Shown here: one piece after another, positions 38,001 to 47,167 of the stretch
Layout: each line of letters starts with the position of its first letter
How positions within the stretch are numbered: position 1 is the stretch's first letter
Assembly (NCBI RefSeq): GCF_001194135.2
Contig: NC_068991.1
Location: 60,677,618-60,741,617, forward strand
DNA from: Octopus bimaculoides
Taxonomy: Eukaryota
Direction: 5' to 3'
DNA length: 64,000 bases
Program-made: the position numbers and the translations under genes
Notes under the pieces: model-generated
What the model saw: only the letters and a program-made list of their open reading frames with translations
What the model was told of the DNA's origin: nothing
Database searches by the model: none

Positions 38001-39322
38001 CAAACAACAACAATACTAACACAAATCTTTCCTCGACCAGTGTAAATTCATCAACATTATTAAATGTGCCATTAGAAAGTGAGGCTATTCCTCGAACTGT
38101 CGATGTTGCAAATGGTAGCACTTCGATGCTGGAAGGACAGCAACCTAATAGCAACCGTAAAAGTATTTCTCAGTTGATTGCCCGAAAGAGAAAAGAAAAT
38201 GCCAACATTATGTTCAACAAAGCCAGGCATATCTCAGCTGTTAAAAAACGAGTCTGTCCTTGGAACCCTTCTAGTTCGGAATCTGACGACGATGGCAACT
38301 ATCTTGCATCTGTTCAAGCTAAACTAAAGAAAATGGTGTCACCTGCTGCCACCACAACAGCATCTTCTACAGCTTCATCAGTGGATCTGTGGCCCTCACG
38401 GAACGGTACCGACTCTCAGCAAAAGCAGAAGGCTTTAGCTGATCTGAAAAAATGGAAGGAACTACGCCATCAAGTGAATGCTTCTAGTTACCAATTGACT
38501 GAGAATAAACTAATTGCCCAGACTCCTACTCTGTCCTCCTCCTCATCTTCCTCATCTTCATCATCATCATCATCATCATCCTCCTCAACATCTACCACTT
38601 CCTCTTCATCATCTTCCTCATCTTCTTCTTCCTCTTCTTCTTCCTCTTCCTCCTCCCCATGTCTGCAGGACCGGTCGATGTCCACATCGAAGTCACTAGT
38701 GTCAGTCAGCAGCTCTGTGTCATCCGCTGTAGCTTCAGCAGAGGGCAAAGGCCATAGGGATGAGATGGAGCTGGGGCCCTACTTGCACAAGGTGGACAGT
38801 CAGCCGTGTGCCACAGGGGACAGTCTGCTGAACACCAAGAACAAAAACAACAAGGGCAGCAGCAGCAGCAGCGGCAGCAGCGGCTGCAGCAACAAGATCG
38901 ATGACATTGCTAAGTCCATGAGTAAAATCACTGGAAGTAACAGCAGTCGAATCACTGTTGCTGGGGTGGCAAAAACACGGGGCACCAACAGCTCACACCC
39001 ATCATCATCACCAGCCAATACTACTTCTTCTAATTTGTTCTCTTCTGTTGAAAACGACAACAACAACAACAATAATGTTATCATTGCTGCAAATAACCAT
39101 GACATATCCAACACAACCACCGGCATTGGTAGTGCTATAAATACTAGTAATAACATTGCTAGTAGTAGCAGTAGTAGCGGTAGTAGTAGTAGCTCTAGGA
39201 ACAGTCCCAGTTTTGAACCTGTGTGGACAGAATTCAAGCGTTTCAAGCACAGAGTGGAGCGTGCTCGTCGTAACTATCGGCAACATAATCAGTTAGAAGT
39301 GTCTAGTGATGATGAAGTATGA
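9527..39322 (+). CDS. DCAF5: DDB1- and CUL4-associated factor 5 (WDR22), complete CDS, 9 exons, 1063 aa
   Basis: Exons 9527-9935, 21970-22113, 25510-25546, 27784-27923, 29139-29268, 30797-31016, 32603-32669, 33269-33387 and 37397-39322 are all GT-AG and join in frame (3192 nt). Diagnostic DCAF5 peptides: [99 protein letters not shown]. Confidence 0.96.
12200..12585 (+). mobile_element. Full-length family C SINE (tRNA-like head, internal TA/TG microsatellite, CR1-like tail)
   Basis: Pol III A/B-box-like head (gtggtcgtgtgg...ggttcagtccc) and a tail ending gcagtcaaaatgactgaaataagtaaaaga. Partial copies at about 2828-3005, 3898-4105, 7262-7385, 8172-8315, 16565-16770, 22935-23070, 34780-34945, 36235-36372, 40195-40385, 50500-50650, 62500-62795 and 63150-63345. 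Confidence 0.85.
12900..14350 (-). mobile_element. Head-to-tail cluster of at least 5 family B SINE copies separated by (AAT)n/(GAT)n, with an RTE tail at about 13368-13520
   Basis: Repeated ggatgaaaggcaaagttgac...ggaatttgaactcagaa cores near 13040, 13245, 13830, 14080 and 14305. Confidence 0.8.
14352..14601 (+). mobile_element. RTE 3' UTR copy (family A)
   Basis: One array monomer plus the conserved tail and (GAT)n. Confidence 0.85.
15596..15900. mobile_element. MITE with about 88-bp imperfect terminal inverted repeats
   Basis: 15596-15683 vs 15815-15900 are reverse complements with a few substitutions and indels; 9-bp direct repeat taatgctaa at 15579-15587 and 15902-15910. Confidence 0.7.
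16363..16843. mobile_element. Non-autonomous hAT (Charlie-like) DNA transposon containing a SINE tail
   Basis: TIRs cagtggttttcaacc / ggttgagaaccactg; perfect 8-bp TSD ctctacat (16355-16362 and 16844-16851). Confidence 0.9.
18560..18891. repeat. Dispersed repeat with gccaaaac-type subrepeats and weak terminal inversion
   Basis: 18735-18890 is similar to 30510-30690; ends gtatgagac / gtctcatat. Confidence 0.5.
19760..21122 (-). mobile_element. 5'-truncated RTE-clade (RTE-X-like) LINE spanning an assembly gap
   Basis: 20824-21122 encodes [26 protein letters not shown]...[26 protein letters not shown]...CGRC (RT C-terminal part plus a Cys-rich insertion). 19760-20066 is the family A 3' UTR on the same strand. 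Continuity across the gap at 20067-20823 is inferred. Confidence 0.75.
21970..22113 (+). CDS. DCAF5: DCAF5 exon 2
   Basis: Poly-T + ctacag acceptor; GDDRRVLLW...NIFCLAF; 144 nt. Confidence 0.95.
22206..22452. mobile_element. hAT MITE, same family, opposite orientation
   Basis: TIRs cagtggttctcaacc / ggttgagaaccactg; 8-bp flanks ttctatat / gtctaaat. Confidence 0.85.
23071..23710 (+). mobile_element. RTE 3' UTR copy (family A, second array type) abutting a family C SINE head
   Basis: Shuffled monomers (gagcgagatcgttgccagtg..., ggcacgtgaaaag) followed by the conserved tail and (GAT)n. Confidence 0.85.
23746..23975. mobile_element. Tc1/mariner-type MITE
   Basis: TA|cagggtggcccaaaagtaggtttacagttat left TIR; right ataactgtaaacctacttttgggtca (26 nt, 1 mismatch, end lost in a (TA)n tract). 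Confidence 0.8.
24799..24857. repeat. 16-bp tandem repeat (cagattgtgagaatac) x about 3.7
   Basis: Directly visible. Confidence 0.8.
24925..25390 (-). mobile_element. Full-length family C SINE
   Basis: Reverse complement of the head + microsatellite + tail arrangement at 12200-12585. Confidence 0.85.
25510..25546 (+). CDS. DCAF5: DCAF5 exon 3 (37-nt micro-exon)
   Basis: ctgtag acceptor, gtaaga donor; [12 protein letters not shown] matches human GNDEQVILHDVE; restores frame between exons 2 and 4. Confidence 0.9.
26934..27470. mobile_element. Truncated hAT MITE carrying an RTE insertion
   Basis: gtctagat then cattggttctcaaac; internal sequence matches 16363-16560; right TIR not seen. A further hAT-type left end cagtggttccc starts at 42448. 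Confidence 0.7.
26987..27335 (-). mobile_element. RTE 3' UTR copy (family A) inserted into a hAT element
   Basis: 11-bp TSD cataagatacc at 26976-26986 and 27336-27346. Confidence 0.9.
27784..27923 (+). CDS. DCAF5: DCAF5 exon 4
   Basis: DAVYGL...[17 protein letters not shown]; 140 nt; AG/GT. Confidence 0.95.
29139..29268 (+). CDS. DCAF5: DCAF5 exon 5
   Basis: FCLA...[22 protein letters not shown]; 130 nt; AG/GT. Confidence 0.95.
29464..29797. mobile_element. hAT MITE
   Basis: taggggttctcaacc / agttaagaaccactg ends; flanks ctctgtaa / atctataa. Confidence 0.75.
30082..30492 (+). mobile_element. RTE 3' UTR copy (family A, third array type)
   Basis: Very similar to 47168-47580; conserved tail and (GAT)n. 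Confidence 0.85.
30797..31016 (+). CDS. DCAF5: DCAF5 exon 6
   Basis: [11 protein letters not shown]...[16 protein letters not shown]; 220 nt; AG/GT. Confidence 0.95.
31094..31274 (+). mobile_element. Minimal fold-back PLE-type insertion with a hammerhead core
   Basis: 12-bp TSD ttctttgtatct (31082-31093 and 31275-31286); 50-bp inverted arms 31127-31176 and 31218-31267 with 1 mismatch; CTGATGA...GAAAC in the loop. Confidence 0.8.
32603..32669 (+). CDS. DCAF5: DCAF5 exon 7
   Basis: [22 protein letters not shown]; 67 nt; AG/GT. Confidence 0.95.
33269..33387 (+). CDS. DCAF5: DCAF5 exon 8
   Basis: [18 protein letters not shown]...SSGVEKVVK; 119 nt; AG/GT. Confidence 0.95.
33860..34130 (-). mobile_element. 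Degenerate RTE LINE C-terminus
   Basis: [35 protein letters not shown], with an in-frame stop. Confidence 0.65.
35322..35530 (-). mobile_element. Tc1/maT-like transposase C-terminal remnant
   Basis: [36 protein letters not shown] resembles the P..NPLDY.VW..VE motif region. Confidence 0.6.
36475..36830 (-). mobile_element. RTE LINE 3' end joining the ORF C-terminus to the family A tail
   Basis: Encodes VLGLTEAMT...[10 protein letters not shown], matching LGLTEAMT...VREKTRQAK* at 42979-43182, and runs directly into the family A tail. Confidence 0.85.
37397..39322 (+). CDS. DCAF5: DCAF5 exon 9 (large terminal exon, low-complexity C-terminus)
   Basis: aaacag acceptor; IWSP...[11 protein letters not shown]...[13 protein letters not shown]; frame stays open through Asn/Ser/Thr runs to TGA. 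Confidence 0.93.
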   Translation: MWSPFLIPSSNGSLKKTSKISQPERPVYTHEEYINLVLRSGHVMSHDYTHQSMEEDPRMMAFFDSLVQRELEGWSSEDDYSNFSTNDEDEFYERMIQARAELVEMSPHPSSDEEEGGYSPFTIAFASVMSTRDADNSQHRSRPLRSSQSQNNNNNNSNSNNNNNNSSSSNKTNCNDDNSSNKTASSSSNSTTTTTNINTTSTNNNNTNTNLSSTSVNSSTLLNVPLESEAIPRTVDVANGSTSMLEGQQPNSNRKSISQLIARKRKENANIMFNKARHISAVKKRVCPWNPSSSESDDDGNYLASVQAKLKKMVSPAATTTASSTASSVDLWPSRNGTDSQQKQKALADLKKWKELRHQVNASSYQLTENKLIAQTPTLSSSSSSSSSSSSSSSSSSTSTTSSSSSSSSSSSSSSSSSSSPCLQDRSMSTSKSLVSVSSSVSSAVASAEGKGHRDEMELGPYLHKVDSQPCATGDSLLNTKNKNNKGSSSSSGSSGCSNKIDDIAKSMSKITGSNSSRITVAGVAKTRGTNSSHPSSSPANTTSSNLFSSVENDNNNNNNVIIAANNHDISNTTTGIGSAINTSNNIASSSSSSGSSSSSRNSPSFEPVWTEFKRFKHRVERARRNYRQHNQLEVSSDDEV

Positions 39323-39532
39323 AATGATAATTGTTTCCAACTTTAGCTTTCTTCTTTACTTTTCTTCTCCTTTCCTTCTTTCTTTCTTTTTTTATTCCAT
39401 TTTCTTTCTTTTTTTAGTTGTCTGTCTCCTGTGGTCAAGGAGGTCAAAAGGTCAACCTCTTGTTTCACTTTTCTACTTATATTTTTCTTATTTTAAGTCT
39501 CTTATTTTTGTCATCTTCTTCCCCACATCATC

Positions 39533-39577
<45 letters not shown>

Positions 39578-39835
39578 NNNNNNNNNNATATATATATATA
39601 TATATATGTATAAAAGAAAACGATGATATATATATGTGTGTTATGATTTGTAAGTTATTTCATGAACAAGAATAAGAGTACTCAATGCATTGTGTAGAGT
39701 GATTATATTTATCAAAATATAGAGTGTGTGTATACATACATAACTACATATACATGTGTATGTGTGCATATATATCATCTGATGTTAAATGATGGTTATA
39801 TATGTATGTATATATACATACATACATACATACAT

Positions 39836-39877
<42 letters not shown>

Positions 39878-39999
39878 NNNNNNNNNNGACACTTGTGCCA
39901 CTAATGTAATCTGTAGGGTAGTCAAAATCACCATAAGTCAGAATGAGACGGCTGGACCTTTGAACTACAGGTACAACCCATCTGAAGGGCTTATAAACA

Positions 40000-40038
<39 letters not shown>

Positions 40039-40411
40039 TTACTGTTTATCCAATATCACTTACATGGTATGGGTCACCAAGCTAAAATTGTGGTTAAATA
40101 CATTTGCCCAAGGTGTCATTCAGCAGGATTGAACCTTAAGTCTGATGATTGTGAGTTTAACTTCTTAATTATTTTGCTGTTATGTCATATATATATGTTT
40201 GTGTGTCTGTGTTTGTTTCCCAACATCGCTTGTGTGTTTATGTGCCTGTCACTTAGTGGTTTAGCAAGAGAAACCGATAGAATAAGTACTAGGGTTACAA
40301 AGAATAAGTCCTGGGGTCATTTTGCTCGACTAAAGGCGGTGCTCCAGTATGGCTGCAGTCAAATGACTGAAACAAATAAAAAAATATATATATACTGTTT
40401 ATATATATATA

Positions 40412-40466
<55 letters not shown>

Positions 40467-40617
40467 ACGTATATATAAACATTATATGCATAAACACACA
40501 TACATACATACATACATATATATATAATATATGTTTGTATGTGTGCGTTTATGTATATAATGTTTATATATATGTGTGTTTATATATATATATATATATT
40601 TATTATGTTTATATATA

Positions 40618-40968
40618 TAGGTGCAAGTATGGCTGTGTGGTAAGTCGTTTGATTCCCAACCACATTGTTCCAGGTTCAGTTTCACTGTGTGTGTTCCATT
40701 CTTTGAGTGGATTTGGTCGAAGCCTTTTGTATATATATATATGTGTATGTGTGTGTGTGTGTTTGTGTTTGTCCACCACTACAACTTTGACAACTGGTAT
40801 TGATGTGTTTACATCCCTGTAACTTAGCAGTTTGGCTAAAGAGATTGATGGAGTAAGTACCAGGCTGAAAAAGAAAGTACTGGCGTTGATTCATTCAGCC
40901 GAAATTCTTCAAGGCAGTGCTCCAGCATGGCCGCAGTGAAATGAAAGGAACAAGTAAAAGACAAAAGA
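40618..40968 (+). mobile_element. Family C SINE
   Basis: ggtgcaagtatggctgtgtggtaag head, microsatellite, tail ending tccagcatggccgcagtgaaatgaaaggaacaagtaaaaga. Confidence 0.8.
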
Positions 40969-40976
40969 TATATGCA

Positions 40977-41017
<41 letters not shown>

Positions 41018-41027
41018 NNNNNNNNNN

Positions 41028-41071
<44 letters not shown>

Positions 41072-42529
41072 CGTACTGGAACCCTAGACATAAGTGTGTA
41101 AGATGAGAGTGTCTCCATTATGGAATGATAAGTATTTTCTTTTTATGGTTCCTCAAATTTCCCCTTATCATACGTCTTCGTTTTATTTGTGTGTTGTGTA
41201 TGTGATTCTGTCTGTGTTGCCCCTAATCATGTGTCTTATGTGTGTGTGTGTTTGTTTCTTACTCTATGTATTCTTTCGTATTTACGTTCAATGTATGTGT
41301 GTGTGTGTGTGTGTGTGTGTTTATGTTGCCTTTCTATTTATGTATCAATTGCTTGTGTGTTGTGCATGTGATTCTGTGTGTGTGTGTCCCCATGAATCAT
41401 GTGTTTATGTTGCCTGTTTGTGTATCTATTAATTCCTTTGTGTGTGTGTGAGATACTTGAACCTATGTGATGCTCTGTTGAGCAACACACTCTCCAACTC
41501 TCCTCCACTTAAACCACAGTTCTCAGTAAGTTGATACTCTTCCAACTGAAGTCCAAAGACAAAGAATTAGTCAACAGTTGAAACAACTCGTTCTTCACTC
41601 TTTCATATTCGCATTAGTTATTTTGCTATTATGTTTGTCTACACCACAATTCTCTTCTACACACACTGTCTATTCCACATCCTTGCATTTGTTGGTTCAT
41701 GTCTAAAAGAAACTGGTGTTTCTATTGAAAAAGAAAAGAAAAGAAGAAAGAAATTTTAAAGACAAAAGAAAATTATCCAATCAAATACTCCACCCCCTTC
41801 TTCTTCCTGCTCCAAATCAAATAAACTAATTAAATTCCAAAACATGTTATATTCTGCTAACTTTTCCTGCGATGTATGATAATAAAATATCCCAGCAAAA
41901 GTCTTCTTTGTATTTATATAGATAAAGAGTAATGTTTATATGTGCTGTTCAACTCTGATCCTGTTCCAGAAGATCTTACGATCAAAGTCATTGTGACCAT
42001 GGCCATCCAGTTTCTTGTTTTTTAGCCATTGTGTATCTAGGACTACATTATTTTTGTGTTCTTCCTACTTTTTAAGATGTAATGTGTGATATTTCTAGCA
42101 AGTTGTGAGACCACTTAGAGGCTCTCATGACCTGGCTTCTATGGCATATAAACAAATAAAATTACAACACTCCCTTCCCCCTGAACACCTGAACAAGACA
42201 CCAGTCCTTCACAGGGTTAACTTCCCAGCAATTGTTGGAACTCATTTTACAGTCAAGTGGACTGGAGCAACATGAAATGAAATCTTTGGTCAAGTATACA
42301 ACACATTGCCCAGTCCAGGAATAGAAACTGGCCTTATGATTGGAAGTGTAACATACTAACGAACGGGCTATGTACCTTTACACTGAAGCATAGCTCCTTT
42401 ATTGATTTGTATGTATTGTGTATAACCTGTATGTGCATTATCTAGTACAGTGGTTCCCAGTCTGTGGTCTGTGAACCACCAGGGGTCCACGGACCGTAAA
42501 CTAAATTAAACATTTTATATATGTATATA

Positions 42530-42581
<52 letters not shown>

Positions 42582-42978
42582 NNNNNNNNNNNNNNNNNNN
42601 NNNNNNNNNNNNNNNNNNNNNNNNNNNNNNNNNNNNNNNNNNNNNNNNNNNNNNNNNNNNNNNNNNNNNNNNNNNNNNNNNNNNNNNNNNNNNNNNNNNN
42701 NNNNNNNNNNNNNNNNNNNNNNNNNNNNNNNNNNNNNNNNNNNNNNNNNNNNNNNNNNNNNNNNNNNNNNNNNNNNNNNNNNNNNNNNNNNNNNNNNNNN
42801 NNNNNNNNNNNNNNNNNNNNNNNNNNNNNNNNNNNNNNNNNNNNNNNNNNNNNNNNNNNNNNNNNNNNNNNNNNNNNNNNNNNNNNNNNNNNNNNNNNNN
42901 NNNNNNNNNNNNNNNNNNNNNNNNNNNNNNNNNNNNNNNNNNNNNNNNNNNNNNNNNNNNNNNNNNNNNNNNNNNNNC

Positions 42979-43182
42979 TTACTTGGCTTGCCGGGTCTTC
43001 TCACGCACAGCACATTTCCAAAGGTCTCGGTCAGTAGTCATCGCCTCGGTGAGGCCCAATGTACGAAGGTCTTGCCTCACCACCTCAGCCCAGGTCTTCC
43101 TGGGCCTACCTCTTCCACGGGTTCCCTCAACTGTTAGGGTGTGGCACTTTTTCAGGCAGCTATCCTCATCCATTCTCACCAT
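42979..43182 (-). mobile_element. RTE LINE ORF C-terminus fragment
   Basis: RMDEDSCLKKCHTLTVEGTRGRGRPRKTWAEVVRQDL...*, the typical RTE G.R.RGRP.KTW motif. The 3' UTR would fall in the gap at 42582-42977. Confidence 0.88.
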
Positions 43183-44326
43183 TTTTTTTTTGTAGTTTCA
43201 GCTCAGAGCTGTGGCCATGATGGAGCACTGCTGTTTTTGCTACACTGTTATTACTGAGATCCTCCTCTAATATGTGGCACTTGGTGAAGAATGGAGTTTG
43301 GTGTAGCTACCCTCATTTGCACCTCTTGCCGTGAGGTAGGTTCATCTGGGACTCTCGACAGGAAGAGGTCCAACCTTGATTTATAAACGTCTACATCAAC
43401 TTTGTGCATGTTCCTCAGGCTCTTTGGAAGAATATTAAAAAGCTGTGGGCCCCTGGAACCCAGGCTGTTGCAGTAATTGGTCCTGAAGTGTGATGGCGTT
43501 GCTGGGATCTTTGGTATTGTGCAGTGTCGACCCATTCTGGCATTGGTGTAGCTGTCAGTGCCAAAATTTGGCTCAATTCCTTCCAGGATCTTCCAGATGT
43601 ATATTACTGCATACCTCTCCTGCCTTCACTCCAGAGTAGAGTCTTAGCTGTTTCAGCCTTTCCCAGTAGCAAAGAGACGACCTTCTTTGTGAATCTTCTC
43701 TGGATTGCTTCAAGGTCCGCTGTTAATTTCACACTGTTGGGTGACCATAGCTGTGAGCAGTAATCCAGGTGGCTGAGGACGAATGTCCTCCAGAGGACCA
43801 TCATGGTTTCCTTATCTCTGGTTCTGAATGTTCTCAGGATTCATCTAGCCAGTCATCTGCACTTTGTCACCATCCTGATAATGAGCACTTGGAAAGAGGT
43901 ATCATCACTCATGTTGATACCCAGGTCCCTCACTGACTTAGGCTCTGGGATTGTAATTCCCTGTGCACCAGTGTACCCTGTAAATTTCATATTCAGTTTT
44001 GGACACTGGTAGCGCAGGGCTTGGAATTTTTCAGCATTGAACTGCATATTATTATCCTCAGCTCATCTGTAAATTGAGTCCAACTCCTGCTGCAGATGTG
44101 CAACATCGCTGGGGTTCTATATTTTCTGTGAGACTTTCGTTATCGTTTGCATAGCTAGCAAGGGTGGCTATCCGGGCAGTTGAGGGCATATTTGAGTAGG
44201 CCACTATGAAAAGCAGTGGTCACAAGACAGTGCCCTGTGGAACACCACTCACTATTTGTGTTTATAGAGGTGGCTCCATTGGCCACTACTGCCTGACTTC
44301 TGTATTTCAGAAAGTCATGTCATGCA
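43182..44326 (-). mobile_element. CR1-clade LINE, 5'-truncated and degenerate (RT through 3' UTR and poly(A))
   Basis: GVPQGTVL*PLLF, MQFNAEKFQAL, VRDLGI, LDYCSQLWSP, LEAIQRRFTK, GPQLFNILP..LRN, D.FLSRVPDEP motifs with stops and frameshifts. ORF stop at 43251; poly(A) at 43182-43191. Confidence 0.9.
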
Positions 44327-44348
44327 TACATAATACATATATATGTAT

Positions 44349-44690
44349 ATCATCATCATCATCATCATCATCATCATTTAACGTCCACCTTCCATGCTAG
44401 CATGGGTTGGACGATTTGACTGAGTACTGGTGAAACCAGATGGCTACACCAGGCTCCAATCTGATTTGGCAGAGTTTCTACAGCTGGATGCCCTTCCTAA
44501 CGCCAACCACTCAGAGAGTGTAGTAGGTGCTTTTACGTGTCACCCGCATGAAGGCCAGTCAGGCGGTACTGGCAACGGCCACGCTCAAATTGGTGCATTT
44601 TATGTGCCACCCGCACAAGAGCCAGTCCAGGGGCACTGGCAACGATCTCGCTCAAAAATCCTACGACGGCCCCACACAAGAGCCAGTCCC
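44349..44690 (-). mobile_element. RTE 3' UTR copy (family A) running into a gap
   Basis: (CAT)n plus reverse tail plus array monomers. Shorter copies at about 22508-22700 and 45815-45990. Confidence 0.85.
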
Positions 44691-45710
44691 NNNNNNNNNN
44701 NNNNNNNNNNNNNNNNNNNNNNNNNNNNNNNNNNNNNNNNNNNNNNNNNNNNNNNNNNNNNNNNNNNNNNNNNNNNNNNNNNNNNNNNNNNNNNNNNNNN
44801 NNNNNNNNNNNNNNNNNNNNNNNNNNNNNNNNNNNNNNNNNNNNNNNNNNNNNNNNNNNNNNNNNNNNNNNNNNNNNNNNNNNNNNNNNNNNNNNNNNNN
44901 NNNNNNNNNNNNNNNNNNNNNNNNNNNNNNNNNNNNNNNNNNNNNNNNNNNNNNNNNNNNNNNNNNNNNNNNNNNNNNNNNNNNNNNNNNNNNNNNNNNN
45001 NNNNNNNNNNNNNNNNNNNNNNNNNNNNNNNNNNNNNNNNNNNNNNNNNNNNNNNNNNNNNNNNNNNNNNNNNNNNNNNNNNNNNNNNNNNNNNNNNNNN
45101 NNNNNNNNNNNNNNNNNNNNNNNNNNNNNNNNNNNNNNNNNNNNNNNNNNNNNNNNNNNNNNNNNNNNNNNNNNNNNNNNNNNNNNNNNNNNNNNNNNNN
45201 NNNNNNNNNNNNNNNNNNNNNNNNNNNNNNNNNNNNNNNNNNNNNNNNNNNNNNNNNNNNNNNNNNNNNNNNNNNNNNNNNNNNNNNNNNNNNNNNNNNN
45301 NNNNNNNNNNNNNNNNNNNNNNNNNNNNNNNNNNNNNNNNNNNNNNNNNNNNNNNNNNNNNNNNNNNNNNNNNNNNNNNNNNNNNNNNNNNNNNNNNNNN
45401 NNNNNNNNNNNNNNNNNNNNNNNNNNNNNNNNNNNNNNNNNNNNNNNNNNNNNNNNNNNNNNNNNNNNNNNNNNNNNNNNNNNNNNNNNNNNNNNNNNNN
45501 NNNNNNNNNNNNNNNNNNNNNNNNNNNNNNNNNNNNNNNNNNNNNNNNNNNNNNNNNNNNNNNNNNNNNNNNNNNNNNNNNNNNNNNNNNNNNNNNNNNN
45601 NNNNNNNNNNNNNNNNNNNNNNNNNNNNNNNNNNNNNNNNNNNNNNNNNNNNNNNNAATATACAGAGAGATAATAAAAAAAGAAAGCTTTAGTAGCTAGC
45701 GGTCAATCAT

Positions 45711-45759
<49 letters not shown>

Positions 45760-46387
45760 CATACATATATTTATATATGCACACACATATATAAACATAC
45801 ATATATGTATATACATCATCATCATCATCGTTTAACGTCCGCTTTCCATGCTAGCATGGGTTGGACGATTTGACTGAGGACTGGTGGACCAGGTGGCTAC
45901 ACCAGGCTCCAATCTGATTTGGCAGAGTTTCTACAGCTGGATGCCCTTCCTAACGCCAACCACTCCGAGAGTGTAGTGGGTGCTTTTAGTCAGGAGAGAA
46001 GGCAATGCTGAAGGCCCTTTGCAAGGTCTCTGAGACTAGTGGGAAGTACCCAGGGACGTATATTCCGGGTGTGAGCTGCTCACCCATCGAAAATGGCAAA
46101 TTCATTATAAATGTTAAAAATGACTTATTAATTTAATCACAAATCTTAATGGAAAACTTTTGTTATACTCCTGCTTGGAATTTGGTGGCATTGGGTGTAG
46201 CAACACACCAAATACAACAACCACCATATGCCACTGGAGGCTTGACTCAAATGCTTGAAACAGATGGACTCTGCAAAAGGCACACAAGGACCAGATGTTG
46301 ACTCAATAGAAGAAGAAAATGATATGACAACATGTAAGCAATATAAAGGTTCTTTAAAATATATATTAAACTATAAACAATATTTTA

Positions 46388-46739
46388 TACATTTATGGAG
46401 ATGTACTTGCATAGCAAGTGACTTGATCTGAGATCGTGTGCTGAAACAAAAACAATTGCAGTGTGGAAGATGCTTATAATCCATTTAAAAAACACAAAAA
46501 CCATTAGATTCACTTCAGCATTTAAATTTAATTTGTGTCAAAATATTTTCCTCCCTTTGAAACCACAACCTGTTCACTGACAAAATGATGCAGCATGAAA
46601 TTTTGTCAGTGACCAGGTCACAAGTTCAAAGCAACAAAAATATTTTGACACAAATTAAATTTAAATGTTGAAGTGAAGCTAATGGTTTTTGTGTGTTTTT
46701 TAAGTGGCTAAGTGGCTTATAAATGCCTTCTGCACTGCA
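46388..46739. mobile_element. Palindromic fold-back element with two divergent hammerhead-like motifs
   Basis: Arms 46457-46586 and 46600-46739; 13-nt spacer; direct repeat aatatttta at 46379-46387 and 46740-46748. Confidence 0.75.
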
Positions 46740-47167
46740 AATATTTTACATTTTGTATGGCATTTAATTATTTAGCTGATTAATTAATTTTCTCATAAAT
46801 AATTCCAAAATGACCAGTCTTTTTACTTCTAATTCTTATTTGATGATGAATATGTATTTTGTGTCTGTAGGTGTGTGGTGCATACATCTGTGTGTTGTTG
46901 AATACTAATATTGATATTAACTTGCAATACATTCCTGGCAATANNNNNNNNNNNNNNNNNNNNNNNNNNNNNNNNNNNNNNNNNNNNNNNNNNNNNNNNN
47001 NNNNNNNNNNNNNNNNNNNNNNNNNNNNNNNNNNNNNNNNNNNNNNNNNNNNNNNNNNNNNNNNNNNNNNNNNNNNNNNNNNNNNNNNNNNNNNNNNNNN
47101 NNNNNNNNNNNNNNNNNNNNNNNNNNNNNNNNNNNNNNNNNNNNNNNNNNNNNNNNNATATATATGA

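Noticed and set aside
37843-39246. Antisense ORFs (poly-L/V/E/D) over DCAF5 exon 9
   Set aside because: Shadows of the low-complexity sense coding sequence.
46269-46333. Exon-like segment MDSAKGTQGPDVDSIEEENDMTT followed by gtaagc
   Set aside because: Weak acceptor, no homology, no supporting exons.
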